Below the pieces are notes generated by a model. The model saw only the letters and a list, made by a program, of their open reading frames with translations, did not search any database and was not told the origin of the DNA. Below are positions 26,405 through 38,800 of a stretch of 64,000 bases of DNA, piece by piece. Position 1 is the first letter of the stretch; each line of letters begins with the position of its first letter. This stretch comes from Cycas panzhihuaensis. Taxonomy: Eukaryota; Plantae; Cycadophyta. The stretch is taken from assembly GCA_023213395.1 (NCBI GenBank), contig CM041465.1:124937741-125001740 (forward strand), written 5' to 3'. The position numbers were made by a program, and so were the translations under genes.

Positions 26405-26924
26405 ATACTTGTGAACATAAAACAGATACTTGTAATTCCTAATGTTTGCAATAACCATAACCATTTTATAATATTTGATAATAATATGACTCTTAGTGAC
26501 TAAAGGACCATCATTCATTTATTAGTAGAACCTAAAAGCAGAAAACTAATGATCCATCACATCATCATTCTAGCATTTCCTTTTTTTTTCCTTTAAGAAA
26601 ATTAAAAAGCATCATGGAATTCCATGTCTACCCCTCTTTGTATTTTATAAATTCAGTACTGAGATAAATAGTGTGGATGAGCATCTATACTACATTTCAT
26701 TTGCACAACACATTATTAACAATAAGCAATCAATTTACCTAATAAACCATGAGTTTATGAATGAAAGCTTTGATGTTGATTTTGCAGGATTAATCAATTT
26801 AATGTTCTCATCATACTTGTATCCTTTGTTGTACACTTATTTCCATTCTAGATCAAACCAAAACACTAAGAGAAAATAAGTTACTACAAAGTTTAGTGCT
26901 AAACGAAGATTTAAAGAACTATAC

Positions 26925-27089
26925 CAACATGACAAGTAATATTTTCAAGAACAACTTGCTAGTGCCTTGGGTGAAAAAGTCCAATTGTCCACGAGAGGAA
27001 CACAAGTGCATGAAGTTTTTTGCCACTAAAAGAGCCAATTTGTTGGAAGATAATACTTAATAGAGTGATTTACGATGTAAACAAACAAC
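26925..27089 (-). pseudogene. Candidate pseudo-exon (165 nt, phase 0-0) with one in-frame stop; product unknown
   Basis: Branch/acceptor ctaatgcttcttttgtag|G and donor TTG|gtatag; reads VVCLHRKSLY*VLSSNKLALLVAKNFMHLCSSRGQLDFFTQGTSKLFLKILLVML. Confidence 0.3.
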
Positions 27090-28028
27090 CTACAAAAGAA
27101 GCATTAGCATGAAAGATATTCCCATGTTATCTATTAAGCTCGGTTCCCAACAAGTGCCTTTGACTTCAACTGTGCATGTTGTATGATATTTAATAAACAT
27201 TGTAATATGTTTTCCATACAAGTGTTATCCCTAAGGACATAACCATTGGCTTGGCACACTGCATGATGTAGAGTTGAATTGGTCCTAACATATATGCATT
27301 TATCATTGTCATCTTGACATTTTAAGAAATCATTACTGCCCTAGAATATTCATTAGAATCTAAATTCTGCCTTGCATTTCATGGATGAATATAATGAATA
27401 CAATATACATTTCTATAAATGGGAAACATGGAGAGGTGCAGGCATGTACTTTCTAATGATATAATACAGAAGACCATTACATCTATATCTTCCCATATAT
27501 ACATTAATAATTACCAAACTTTTAATGATTCATAAGGTCATCCCAAAATATAGAAATTTTAGTACGTCAAGAACATTCAAGTAGCCACACATAGAGATTA
27601 AGGTAAGAACTTTGAATTCCATTAATATAGGCTGCATGGAAAAACTTAGAAAATGCAAAACCATAAAATGTATTCAAAGATGCTACGAAGGGTAGAAAAT
27701 AACTAAATGAAAATATTGCACCCTTTCAAAAAAAATTGCACAATTCCAATGAATAAAGGTTTGTTAATTTCTCAATCTTGAGACTCAATAGTCATTTTAT
27801 GCATTTTGGAAGGGTACTTTAAACCTGTGGTACAAGGAAAGAAGTTGTGCCTCAAAATGTCACAAATTTGTTAACTTTAAGGAGTATTTTATCTTCTAAT
27901 AGAAGAGCAACCGTATTTTACATTTCATAGTAGTAGAAGAAACTTGGACTCCATTTATGTGGGTTGAATAAAAAAAGAAGGGGCAAAGCAATAAAATGTG
28001 TTAAAGACAAGAAAAAATAGGCAAAAGA

Positions 28029-28548
28029 TGGGGTGATGCTTATTGTTTATAGACATAAAATATAGCATTCATACCATATATAATTTATAAAACATTATCT
28101 CATCATAAATAATAACAGATATCCACAATAATTTAGATACAATAACAAACCACATAATAATATCATATTATTGCCATACTTGCCATAATAAATAGTAAAT
28201 ATTAAACAAAATAACAATAATATCTTGCCCTCTTTGAGATAAAGGTTTTCTCCCAAAATGGAACACATTGTCCTAGTGGCCCTAAGCCACTATTCTACAT
28301 CCAAAATATCAAATTCTCCAAAAAATAGTTTATAAATGAATGAGGACCCTCTATTTATAATCTTATTTTCTCTCTCTAAACCCAACTTCTAATTCTCTCT
28401 CTTCAAAACACTGACTTCATCTAATTTAAGAATGTAACGACTCTCTTAAAAATATTAACTTCATAATAATAAATATGCACTAAATAATTCTTTTTTTATC
28501 TCCTAAAAACTAATTTCACAAACTTATTCAAAATTTAGGAACGTAATA
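28029..28548 (-). repeat. 3' LTR of element E
   Basis: Aligns with 43396-43904. Confidence 0.88.
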
Positions 28549-29259
28549 ACTCTCTCCTGCTTGAAATACTTTGCCCTCAAAGCATAGGTAGTTGCGTGTA
28601 GAGCTTGATCGGTCCAACTTTAACTAGTGGTTCTAGTCATTACTTGTTAAATCCTATGTCATAAAAATTGGGTCTAGTCTTGCAACTTCTATTGGCTATT
28701 ATTAACGAGTGACTTGAATTTGTAGATGCTTGTTCTTGGGACTAGGTATATGTTGTAGTTTGTCTTGTATTGAAACGATCCTAAGACCTACATGGTGCTT
28801 TTGATATCTTGATCTTGTTTTTTGTTTGTACATTTTGCTCTAAAATGCCATGACTCATGGAATGAGAGGTGATGAGAATACTAAGAAATTTTGTGCAAAA
28901 ATTATGTTAAAAACAGAGCACACCAAATCGTTTATGTACACGCCAATCTCAAAAACAAGTATGCAAGGAGATTTCGTGGGAAAACCTACATCAAAACACC
29001 GATTATATTGGAACCAAAAAACATACGAGTACAAATGGTCTTTGGGTATATATAGATACGTAAGACCAAAAATATACAAATGTCCTTTATATCCGTCGAC
29101 CCAACAAATAATAAAAAGGTTCACACACGATATTATATCACATTTACATTAGTCGGGTGATATTTTAACATCCCCTCTTAATGTAAATGTTGGTCTTCAA
29201 AACTATGAAGTGTCTAACATTTATCCTTGAAGGTAGATTCCCCTTCAAGACTAAAACCC

Positions 29260-32200
29260 AAATTTGCACGAATCTTTAAAAATTAATCTTCAGTAAGAGC
29301 CTTAGTGAACACGTCAACAAGTTGCTCCTCACTTGGACAAAATTCAACTTGCATCTTTCCTGATCTGATTAACTCATGGATGTAATAGTGTTGAATTTCG
29401 ATGTGCTTCGTACGTGTGTGAAACTCTGGATTCTTTGAAAGTCAAATAGCACTTTGACTATCACAATGGATAATAGGGGTGCTAGATGATACTCCAAGTG
29501 TCTCCAAAAGTTCCTGCAACCATACAGCTTCCCTTGCACCAATGCTTAGACTTTGATACTCAACTTCTGTAGAAGACAAGGCCACAATATATTGCTTTTT
29601 AGATTGCCAAGAGACAAATCCACTACCAATGCCAAAAATATAACCTGTAGTTGATTTGCGGTCTTCATCATCTCCTTCCTAATCAACATCTGTATACCTA
29701 TACAATTTTGCCTTTCTACCACGAAGGTATTCAAAGCCTAGATTAAGTGTACCCTTAACATACTTCAAAATCCTCTTTGCTGCACTTAAATGTGGCTCTT
29801 GGGGATTTTGCATGAAATGAGATACTAATCCAACAATATAGGCAATGTCACGTCTAGTATGAATTAGATAAATCAAACTTCCTACTAATTTCCAATACAA
29901 TATCCCATATATAGTTGGTTTATCCATGTTCTTCAGAAGCTTTGTGCCTTTTACACATGGTGTCCTAGCTGGTTTACAATCCTTCATCCTGAATCTCTCA
30001 AGTAGGGATTGAGCATACCTTGTCTGCAACATCATGATGTGATCTTCAATCTGCCTAATCTCAATACCCAAGAAGTGATGAAGAGGACAAAGATTTGTCA
30101 TATCAAAATTATGACCCAAAAGGGCCTTTGTATCTGTAATAGTCATGCTACAATTTTCTTAATAATAAGATCATCCATATACAAAATAGTAAGAACTATT
30201 GAAGATGCTCTCTTTCTAATATAAAGACTTGGTTCTAAATCTGTTGTCACAAAACCATCTTCCTTCGATCTAGCATTGATCTTTTCATACCAAGCACGCA
30301 GTGCTTGTTTTAGGCCATAAAGAGATTTCTTCAAGCAACACACTAAATGCTTCTCTCCTTCCTTCATGAAACCTAAAGGTTGGGCCATATAGATTTCCTC
30401 TTTCAAATCTTCGTGAAGAAATGTGGACTTTACGTCCATTCGATGTAACTCCCAACCAAATGTAATTGCTAAAGCAAGGATCAATCAGACCATTGAAATC
30501 TTAGAGACCGGTACAAAAGTCTCTTCACAATCAATTCTTTCTTTTTGTTTAAAACCTTGAGCTGCAAGTCTAACCTTATATTTGTCTACTTTACCATTGG
30601 AGTGATACTTTGCCTTATAGACCCACTTGTAACCGACCAAGTTCTTCATAAGAGAACAAAATTCTTCTTCCATTACAACTTTCCATCGCGGATCATCCTT
30701 TGCTTCTTTAAATAAAATAAAGTCACTGGAATCGTTGGTGTTCATTACTAAGGTCTGACTAGTATGTTGAGTCCTTGTTCTTCGACCATCTTCAAGATTC
30801 TCAACCATCACACCAGAATATTCAATAGTTCTTCTTGCCCATAACGAAACATGGGGTGTAGACCATGTTTCAACTTGTAATGACTCCTCTATATAACTTC
30901 CACTAGGTCCTGCTTTAGAATCGATCTGAGGAATAGGCTCATGTATCTGTAAATCTATTGAATCACGACTTGAAAAAGGTAGAAGAGGGAGGATAAAATG
31001 TATCTTCAGATGAACTGTCAACATGATACATCATTGACTCATCAAACTTAACATCTCAACTAATCAAGATTTTCTCCTCCTACGGATCCCAAAGTCTATA
31101 AGCCTTACTCTCTTGAGAGTACCCTACAAAGATACACTTTAAACTCTTGGGATCCAATTTCTTTTGATTTTCGTTTGGGATGTGTGCATAGGCAATGCAC
31201 CCAAATACCTTAAAATAGTTAATGGAAGGTTTCTGACCAGTCCAACATTCTTCAGAGGTAATACCACGAATAGCCATAGTAGGTACCCTATTCAAAATAT
31301 GAATAGTTGTTACCACAGCTTCTGCGCATAACTTAGGAAGCAAACTCTTACCATGCACCATGCACCTCGCCATTTCTATTATGGTATGATTTTTTTCTTT
31401 CTGCTACACCATTTTGCTGTGGGGTATAAGGGACAATAAATTCCTACTTAATACCATTGGTAAGGCAGAGTTGATGAAAGGCATTATTATCATACTACTT
31501 TCCATTATCACTTCTTAAAATCTTAATCTTCATACCACATTCATTCTCGACACAAGCTTTTCATTCACAAAATATATTGAATACATCAGACTTATTCTTT
31601 AAAAAGAAAACCCAAGTTTTTTTGCTGAAATTATCCATAAACACAAGTACATAGCGAGCTCCAGAAATAGAAGGATTAGGTAATGGATCAAATCTGTATG
31701 GATAAGTTCTAATTTCTCTTTTACCCTCTAAGCACTGTCTTTAACAACAGGATAACGATGATGTTTTCTATATATACATCCCTCACAAGCACTCTTTGAA
31801 CATTGAATATGAGGCAAACGAATTACCATTTTCAATCTATTCATTAAGTTGATTCTCCCATACAGTTAAGATGAACCAATCTTTCATGCCACAACTTACT
31901 CACATCATCAGCACTGGCAACGAAACTATAAGAATCCTGCTAGGTTTTAAAAGACTCAAATATCCAAAAGTTATCATGTACTTTCCCAGTAGCAATAATA
32001 GAGTAGTTTTTCTTTGGATCTTTAACTAGGCATTTATCATTATAGAGCTCAATTCTCATACCTTGTTTGCAGATTTTCCAAGTTGAAAGAAGATTTAACT
32101 TTATTTAAGGCACTTAATAAACACTATCAAATTTTCCACCTACAAGTGAAACGGTTCCAATACCTTCTACAGGCAAAACACTAGCATCTCCAAGAATTAT

Positions 32201-33140
32201 ATTAACATCAATTGAACCTGCATCCATGGCATCAAAAATATGCCTGATAGGTGATGTGTTTTTGAGCACTTGAGTCTACGATCCAATAATCTTTCTTTTC
32301 AGATGACATTGTTAAGACCCGAATACAATGTGCCGCTACACTCTTTCCTTTTTCATCTTGGTTTACCTTATGCTTATCCTATTTTTTGATCCAACAATTT
32401 CTTTCTTTGTGACCATCTTTCTTGCAGTAATTACACCTACCCATGAACTTCTTTTTTCGGAAGGTCTCACCAATCTTCTGTGTAGATTTACTTTCATGGA
32501 CTATATCCTTCTTTTGTGTCTTCATTACCAAGGTCTGATTTGAAACAGATCCATCGAGCATCCCATGATGCTTGAATTTGGCATCTTTAGCTAAGATCAG
32601 ATTTTTCAAGGACTCAAAAGACTCACCTTCCATGGATTCATCACTACCATAAACAGTCTGAAAGGTGGCAAATGCCGTCAGTAACTTGGACATAATAGTA
32701 GCAAACAACAAAACATCATCTATTGAGTTTTTCTTTAGCTCATCCAATCTATTTCTTAAACCAATAATCTTGTTCAAGAAGGCACTAATGTTATTTTCGT
32801 CTTCTACCTTTGCACTCAATAATTCCATCATGAGGGCAACATGACGATTATTCTTCTTTTTCTCAAAAGTCTCGCACAGTTTAGTCCAAATTTCGTATGG
32901 GGTTTCAAGATTGTGTACTAAAGCTCTTTGATCGGAGGCCAAAGATAACTTAAGTAAACCAACAACCATGAACTGTCTTTCTTCAACACGTACACAATCT
33001 TTTTTATCTAAAGGCAAGCTTAATAAAGGTGACTTAGTGATTCCCCAAAGCTGATTTACCATTAAAACAAGCTCCATGGGTTCCTTCCACTCGTTAAAAT
33101 TATTCCCATTAAATGTAACTAACGGTGCTAGCTTCTCCGT
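29260..33140 (-). pseudogene. pol: Copia gag-PR-INT-RT-RH polyprotein remnant of element F
   Basis: Gag with CNYCKKDGHKERNC (32379-33077); INT FGCIAYAHIP...KLDPKS...FVGYS (31080-31373); RT MDVKSTFLHEDL...SLYGLKQA, YMDD and LVGSLIYL (29679-31024); RH RTKHIEI...QLVDVFTKAL (~29290-29420). Confidence 0.95.
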
Positions 33141-33600
33141 GATTTAAAGAAAATGGTAAAACAACTCAGAAAATCAACTGAAACCAAGTTACTTCTCTTG
33201 AATAGTAGACTTATTCAAACACACAATCCAAGATCAATTAAGCTAAACAATTTCAAAACTTGAAACACTTTGAACTGAACAACCTCAAGTCTGATTATAA
33301 AAACACAACACAATACACCTCTGAACCAATGTAATTATGTCATCAAATGCCCTTCTTATCACCCAAATACAATCTTACACAACAATAATTAAGTAGATTG
33401 TTAATGAAGAAAATTGTATCTCACAATAATCTTCAGCTTAGTTGCTTACTATTAATCCTTCTCAATACGAAATTGACCCTTAATAAAGCCGCTATTGATT
33501 TATAAAGGTAACAAATTAAACCTTTATTAATAATCAATTCAAAAACCACTATTACAACAAGTCACAACGAACTTCTCACACATCCACAACTCCCAATGAA

Positions 33601-33678
33601 TGCAAACACCTGCAACCGTCAATGTATGCAAACACCTGTAATCGTCAATGTATGCAAACACCCGCAACTGTCAATGTA
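33601..33678 (+). repeat. 26-bp tandem repeat x3 in the 5' leader of element F
   Basis: tgcaaacacctgcaaccgtcaatgta repeated three times. Confidence 0.9.
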
Positions 33679-33740
33679 CAAAATACAGTTAAGGATTCAA
33701 CGCTAATAAATATCAATGCGTACCGTTCAAATTCATAAGG

Positions 33741-33882
33741 GTGCAACACATCAAGACATCAGGCTGCACCGTGAACACATAAAGGCGCAACACAACACGA
33801 TATCACAAAGGGCGACTCAATACACGAAGAGTGTAATACATTAAGATATCATGCTGCATTGTGAATACGTAAAGGCGCAACA
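33741..33882 (+). repeat. ~52-bp direct repeat at 90-bp spacing in the leader of element F
   Basis: gtgcaacacatcaagacatcaggctgcaccgtgaacacataaaggcgcaaca versus gtgtaatacattaagatatcatgctgcattgtgaatacgtaaaggcgcaaca. Confidence 0.8.
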
Positions 33883-35838
33883 ACAGACACATATATACTA
33901 TCCCAAAGATTTAATAACATCGTAAAGATTCAAAATTATTAAATTGTGAGCATCCAGTTAAGGCATTTACAATGGCCATTGGGAGAAAAACAACGGCTGA
34001 AAAGGGGGCAACAATGACTGTAGATCATAAGCAGAGATTGAACGTTTCCCAGCAATCTCTCGTCGATCAAAACAATGCAAACGCAATCAGTCTGGATGTG
34101 GTGAAACGACAATATGGAAGAGATTAACCAGGCGACTTTAGATTTACATGGCTGAGTGGCAACGGGAACACAAAGCAGTCTTTTTGGGCAATCGAAGGAG
34201 AAGGCAACGAAGGGTATCAGAACACTACATTGAACAACCAAAATACTTCAAGTTTGATTGGCCAAATACAAACATTGAAGGAAGCATGGCTATCAACACA
34301 ACATACTGACATTCTACAACAATCTTCAAGTTTTCATAATGATGCAAGAACAGAGAAATAGATATAGGAATGCTGAGGAAAGATAGCACAACACTAAGAG
34401 TACAACAGAGTAAGAGATGAAAGAATATCATAAGGTACCTTTAAGAGAGACTGGATGAATTTGAATAGGGCATCTGCAACATCTTCAAGGTTGGTTCACC
34501 TTCAACTCTCTTCTCAAACATCCAACACAACTGAGAATAGGGCTACACCAACTCTACGCAACACCACACATCTACACGCTCCAACGATCTGTCAACACGA
34601 TCACAGCACCATGCGGTTCACCCGGCGGCAGCGTATAACCACGAGCTCTAATACCATGTTAAAAACGAGCACACTAGATTATTTATATCCACGCAAATCT
34701 AAGAAACAAGTACACAAGAAGATTTCGTGGGAAAACCCACATCAGAACACCGATTACATTGGAATCAAAAAGCATAAGAATACAAATGGTTTTTGAGTAT
34801 ATATAGATCCATAAGACCAAAAATATGCAAATGTCCTTTACATCCGTTGGCCCAAACAAATAATAAAAAGGTTTGCACACGATATTATATCACATTTACA
34901 TTAGTCAGGTGATATTTTAACAAGTTATGATGTAATTTTGGGAGTCTGAAAGAAAAAAAGATCATAAAGGTCATATATAAGTGACTACATAACTCAAGAA
35001 AGAGTGGGAAGAGTGGGGGTCTATAAGGTGGTCAACAATAAATTTGTATGTGTGAGTAACTTGGAGAAGTGCACTATACAATGAGAAGTACTTGGGGTTT
35101 GAGAATTGATTTAAAAAAAATGTTATGATTAGGACATGTTTGGTTGGATAATTAGGGATCTTAAAGAAATAAGAGGGATGTGGAATTAGTGATAGATGCT
35201 CTTTATGGGAAAGAGGTTTACATAGAGGTTCAAAGACCAGAGACAAGTTAGAGGGGGGAATTAATGGAAAAAAAGAGTATGGTTATATTGAGGTGTAGAA
35301 GGTTGGGACAAACATCATGATGTTTTATAAAAAGGCATGATCACATTAGGAAGATAAATTTGATGAAGGTAAGATGGAGGGTTTAGAACATGTTGCTAAA
35401 GAGATTTTGTAGGGGCAGAGAAATATGTAAAAGGTGGAATGAGTTAGGGTTGTGAAGATGGACTAAAATTTGTCTTACGAAAACCTTGGAATTAAGAAGC
35501 TTAATAGTTTGGACAACTATGGAGTAAAGAGGAGAGGATTTCTGTACAACTATTGAGGATGGAAATGAAAGAGGAAAGATGAAACTAGCAAAGGAAATGT
35601 GCATGTGCAAAACAAGATCAAGTACCTTGTGGAATTCACTTAGTTGCCTAACTTCTTTTTCTCCCTATTTAGACTCTTTCTAAGGTCCACATATCTTCAT
35701 CAGATCCTTTTTTTATTGCTCATCAACTCCATCATGTTGTTCCTACATAAGTTGTTTATTATAACACTCTACTTCAACCAATACTTGGTTAGATTCTTCA
35801 ACAAGATGCTCAATCTTCCCTTGCTTTTTGTCTTCAAT

Positions 35839-38800
35839 TACAACAATCTGATCCACAGAGTGCACACAAAGAACACCTTTAAAAGTATCTGGGAGCTCAA
35901 AAAATCTTTTATTATGGATTCAAAAGCACAATTGCATTAATAGAGCACAAGAAAACTTAATAATCACTAAAAAGATAGATGTATTTTTGTACAATCTCAA
36001 AAGACAATAAGATAGCATAAGTGTTCCTTTTACAATTGCTTGAGCTTACATAAGCAAAAATGACCGTTAACTCTAGCATCCTATTGGCGGCCCATTGGCC
36101 CTACAATCTCATTAGTGGAGATATGCGACTAGTGCACATGAATTAACAATTGTTCTTAACCTTCTCTTCCTTAATCATGTAGTTGTGGCTTTAGCCATTA
36201 CCTTCTCCATGTGATCAGATACTCTTGTGCCATTAACCTTGGAATGTTCCTTAACAGGCCCCCCTCCTTAAGACATTGAGTCCCCGAAGTGCTAAAAGTA
36301 CGAATGTTACTAGATAAATTCTTTTGACACCCATGTTGCTTCATCAGGGTCACAACGAGCCCACTACACTAAATACTCGAAAATGGTTCTACTCCAAAAA
36401 TAACGTCGATAAGAATCTAGAATGCCTATTGGAGGAATTATAAGAACTTCTTCTTCGTGGAGGATTGGTAGGTTTGTTTGTAGCTTTTTCAAAGTATTTC
36501 TTTAAGCAGGACACATGGAAAACATTGTGAATTTTAGAATCAGGGAAAAGGCCTAGAGCATAAGCGGCTTCCCCAATTCTTTGAAGAACTTTGTAGGGAC
36601 CATAATAATGAGGACACAGTTTGTGAGATTTCTTATCGTTGAGAGATTTGTTGCTTATAAGTTTGGAGATGAAGGAAGACCAAATCACCCACAACAAAGA
36701 CTCTCTCAAACTGGTGGTGGTTAGCCAATTACTTCATTCAATTTTGAACAGTTGTCAAGTTTTGCTTAAGAGTGTGTAAGATTTGATCCATGTCTTGAAG
36801 TTTTTGTTGTGCTCCCACATTTTGAAGATTAGTAATGAGTGTGTGGTGTGATGGTGGGGGATATCCATAAAGGGCCATAAATGGGATCATCCCAATAGAA
36901 AATTAATGGAAATAATTATACCAATATTTCGCTAATGCCAATTAGGAAGTCCAACATTTGTTATGGTCTAATACAAAACAATGCAAGTATATTTTCAATG
37001 TTTTATTGAGAACCTTTGATTATTTGTCTGTTTAGGGATGATATGATGAACTCATGTTAAAAGAAGTGTCAAATGCCCAAAAAAACTCTTGCCAAAATGT
37101 GCTTGCGAATTTTGGATCACGGTTAAAGATAATCGTGGATGGAAAGCCATGAAGGCGAATGATAAATTAGATGTAGAGATCAACTAGCTGAGGAGTTTTG
37201 TAAGTTATATGGATTAGTAAGAAATGAACATATTTGGTCAAGCGATTGATGATGACTCTAATTAAGTCATATATTGTAGATAATGGTAGCCCAGTAATAA
37301 AATCCATGGCAATGTCATGCCATTTAACCTGAAAAAATTTCAAGGGTTGAAAGAGGTCAGGTTAGAGTTTGGTCTCTACCTTATTTCATCAGCATGTTTC
37401 ATATTCTGAGACATACATAAGGATGGTGGACTTCATGTGGGGCTAATAGAAGTTTAATCGAATTCGGCAATATGTTTTGTCAAGCCCAGAGTGACTGTCA
37501 AGAAGGCTATTATGGTATTCGACTAGGATGCATGGGATGAATTGTGATGCTGGATGGACAAAAATACGATTGTGATATAGGTGATTATTACGTAGAGTCA
37601 TGTCTTTATGATGTTGGATTTTATTAGCCCATGTGGCAAAATCATCTTTGGATTCGTTATCATGGATAAGGTCTTCTAGCCAAGAGGGTTGGGGAAGGGA
37701 GATGGCTGGGTTTGCTAGAAGATAAGAGAGCATCAACAACGACATTATCCTTGCCTTTTTTATAAACGATGGAAAAGTCAAAAACTTGAAGTCTGTCAAC
37801 CCACTTGGCATGTTTCTCTGACATAACTAGTTGGTCTAATAGGCGTCAAAGGCTATGATGGTTTGTCAGAATGGTGAACATGGATCCAATCAGATATTGA
37901 AGCCACTTATCCATTACATGAAGAATAGCCCTCATTTCCTTTTGATATGTTAAAAGGTGACACTCCTGGTTTTTGAGTTTCTGGCTTCCAAATGCAATAA
38001 GATAGAAATTCGACATGAGAACAACTTATATCCCAACTCTACAGGCATCGCATTATATCAGGAGTGGTGAGCACTAGTGTAGAGGACATGAGCATTTTTA
38101 GGTGATTGAAAGCATCTACAATGCCAAGTGACCATTGAAATAGATATTTACATAGCAAAATTATTAGAGGGGTGATTATAGAAGCATATTTTTTGACAAA
38201 ACAACGGTAAAATATAATCAATCCAAGAAAAGCCCATGATTGTGTAAAGTCTTTTGGTGTGGGCCATTGAATGATAACTAGTATTTTGTCAAGGTCTTCC
38301 TGTATCCCTTCCATGGAGATGATATGCCCTAGGTATTATAATTTAGTTTTGCCAAATTCGTATTTGGACATTTTAACATACAATTGGTTTTGCTCAAGAA
38401 TTTGTAAGATGAACTCTTAGGTGTTGGACATGTAGCGCCATGGTAGTACCATAGATGAATATATCATCAAAGAAAACAAGGATGAATTTCTAAAGGTAGG
38501 TTGCAAAGATTTCATTCATTAGAGCTTGGAAGGTAGCAAGAGCGTTGTATAACCCAAAGGGCATGACCTAGAATTCAAAATGGCCATGGTGGGTTCTAAA
38601 GGTCATTTAATGCATGCCCTCTTGTGCTATAGGAATTTGATAATACCTTGATTATAAGTTTAGTTTTGAGAAAAGTGTAGCCCCATGAATTTCGTCCAAC
38701 ATGCCATCTATTCAAAGGGTCGAAAACTTATTTTTAATAGTGAGTTTATTAAGTTATCTATAATCGATGCAGAGCCGAAAAGAACCATATTTTTTCAAAC

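Larger units (their letters stand above)
28905..34922 (-). mobile_element. Full-length degenerate Ty1/copia retrotransposon (element F)
   Basis: 266-bp LTRs 28905-29170 and 34657-34922 (TGTTAAAA...TTTTAACA); PBS gctctaatacca (34645-34656); PPT tcccctc; TSD aatta/agtta. Confidence 0.95.

Noticed and set aside
28850-29152. ORFs within LTRs or antisense to pol (also 34455-34880, 39394-39723, 55886-56197, 58146-58657, 61760-62132)
   Set aside because: They overlap LTRs or repeats, or are shadow frames of TE genes.
33601-33678. CRISPR-like array
   Set aside because: Head-to-tail 26-bp units with no unique spacers, in a eukaryotic retrotransposon leader.
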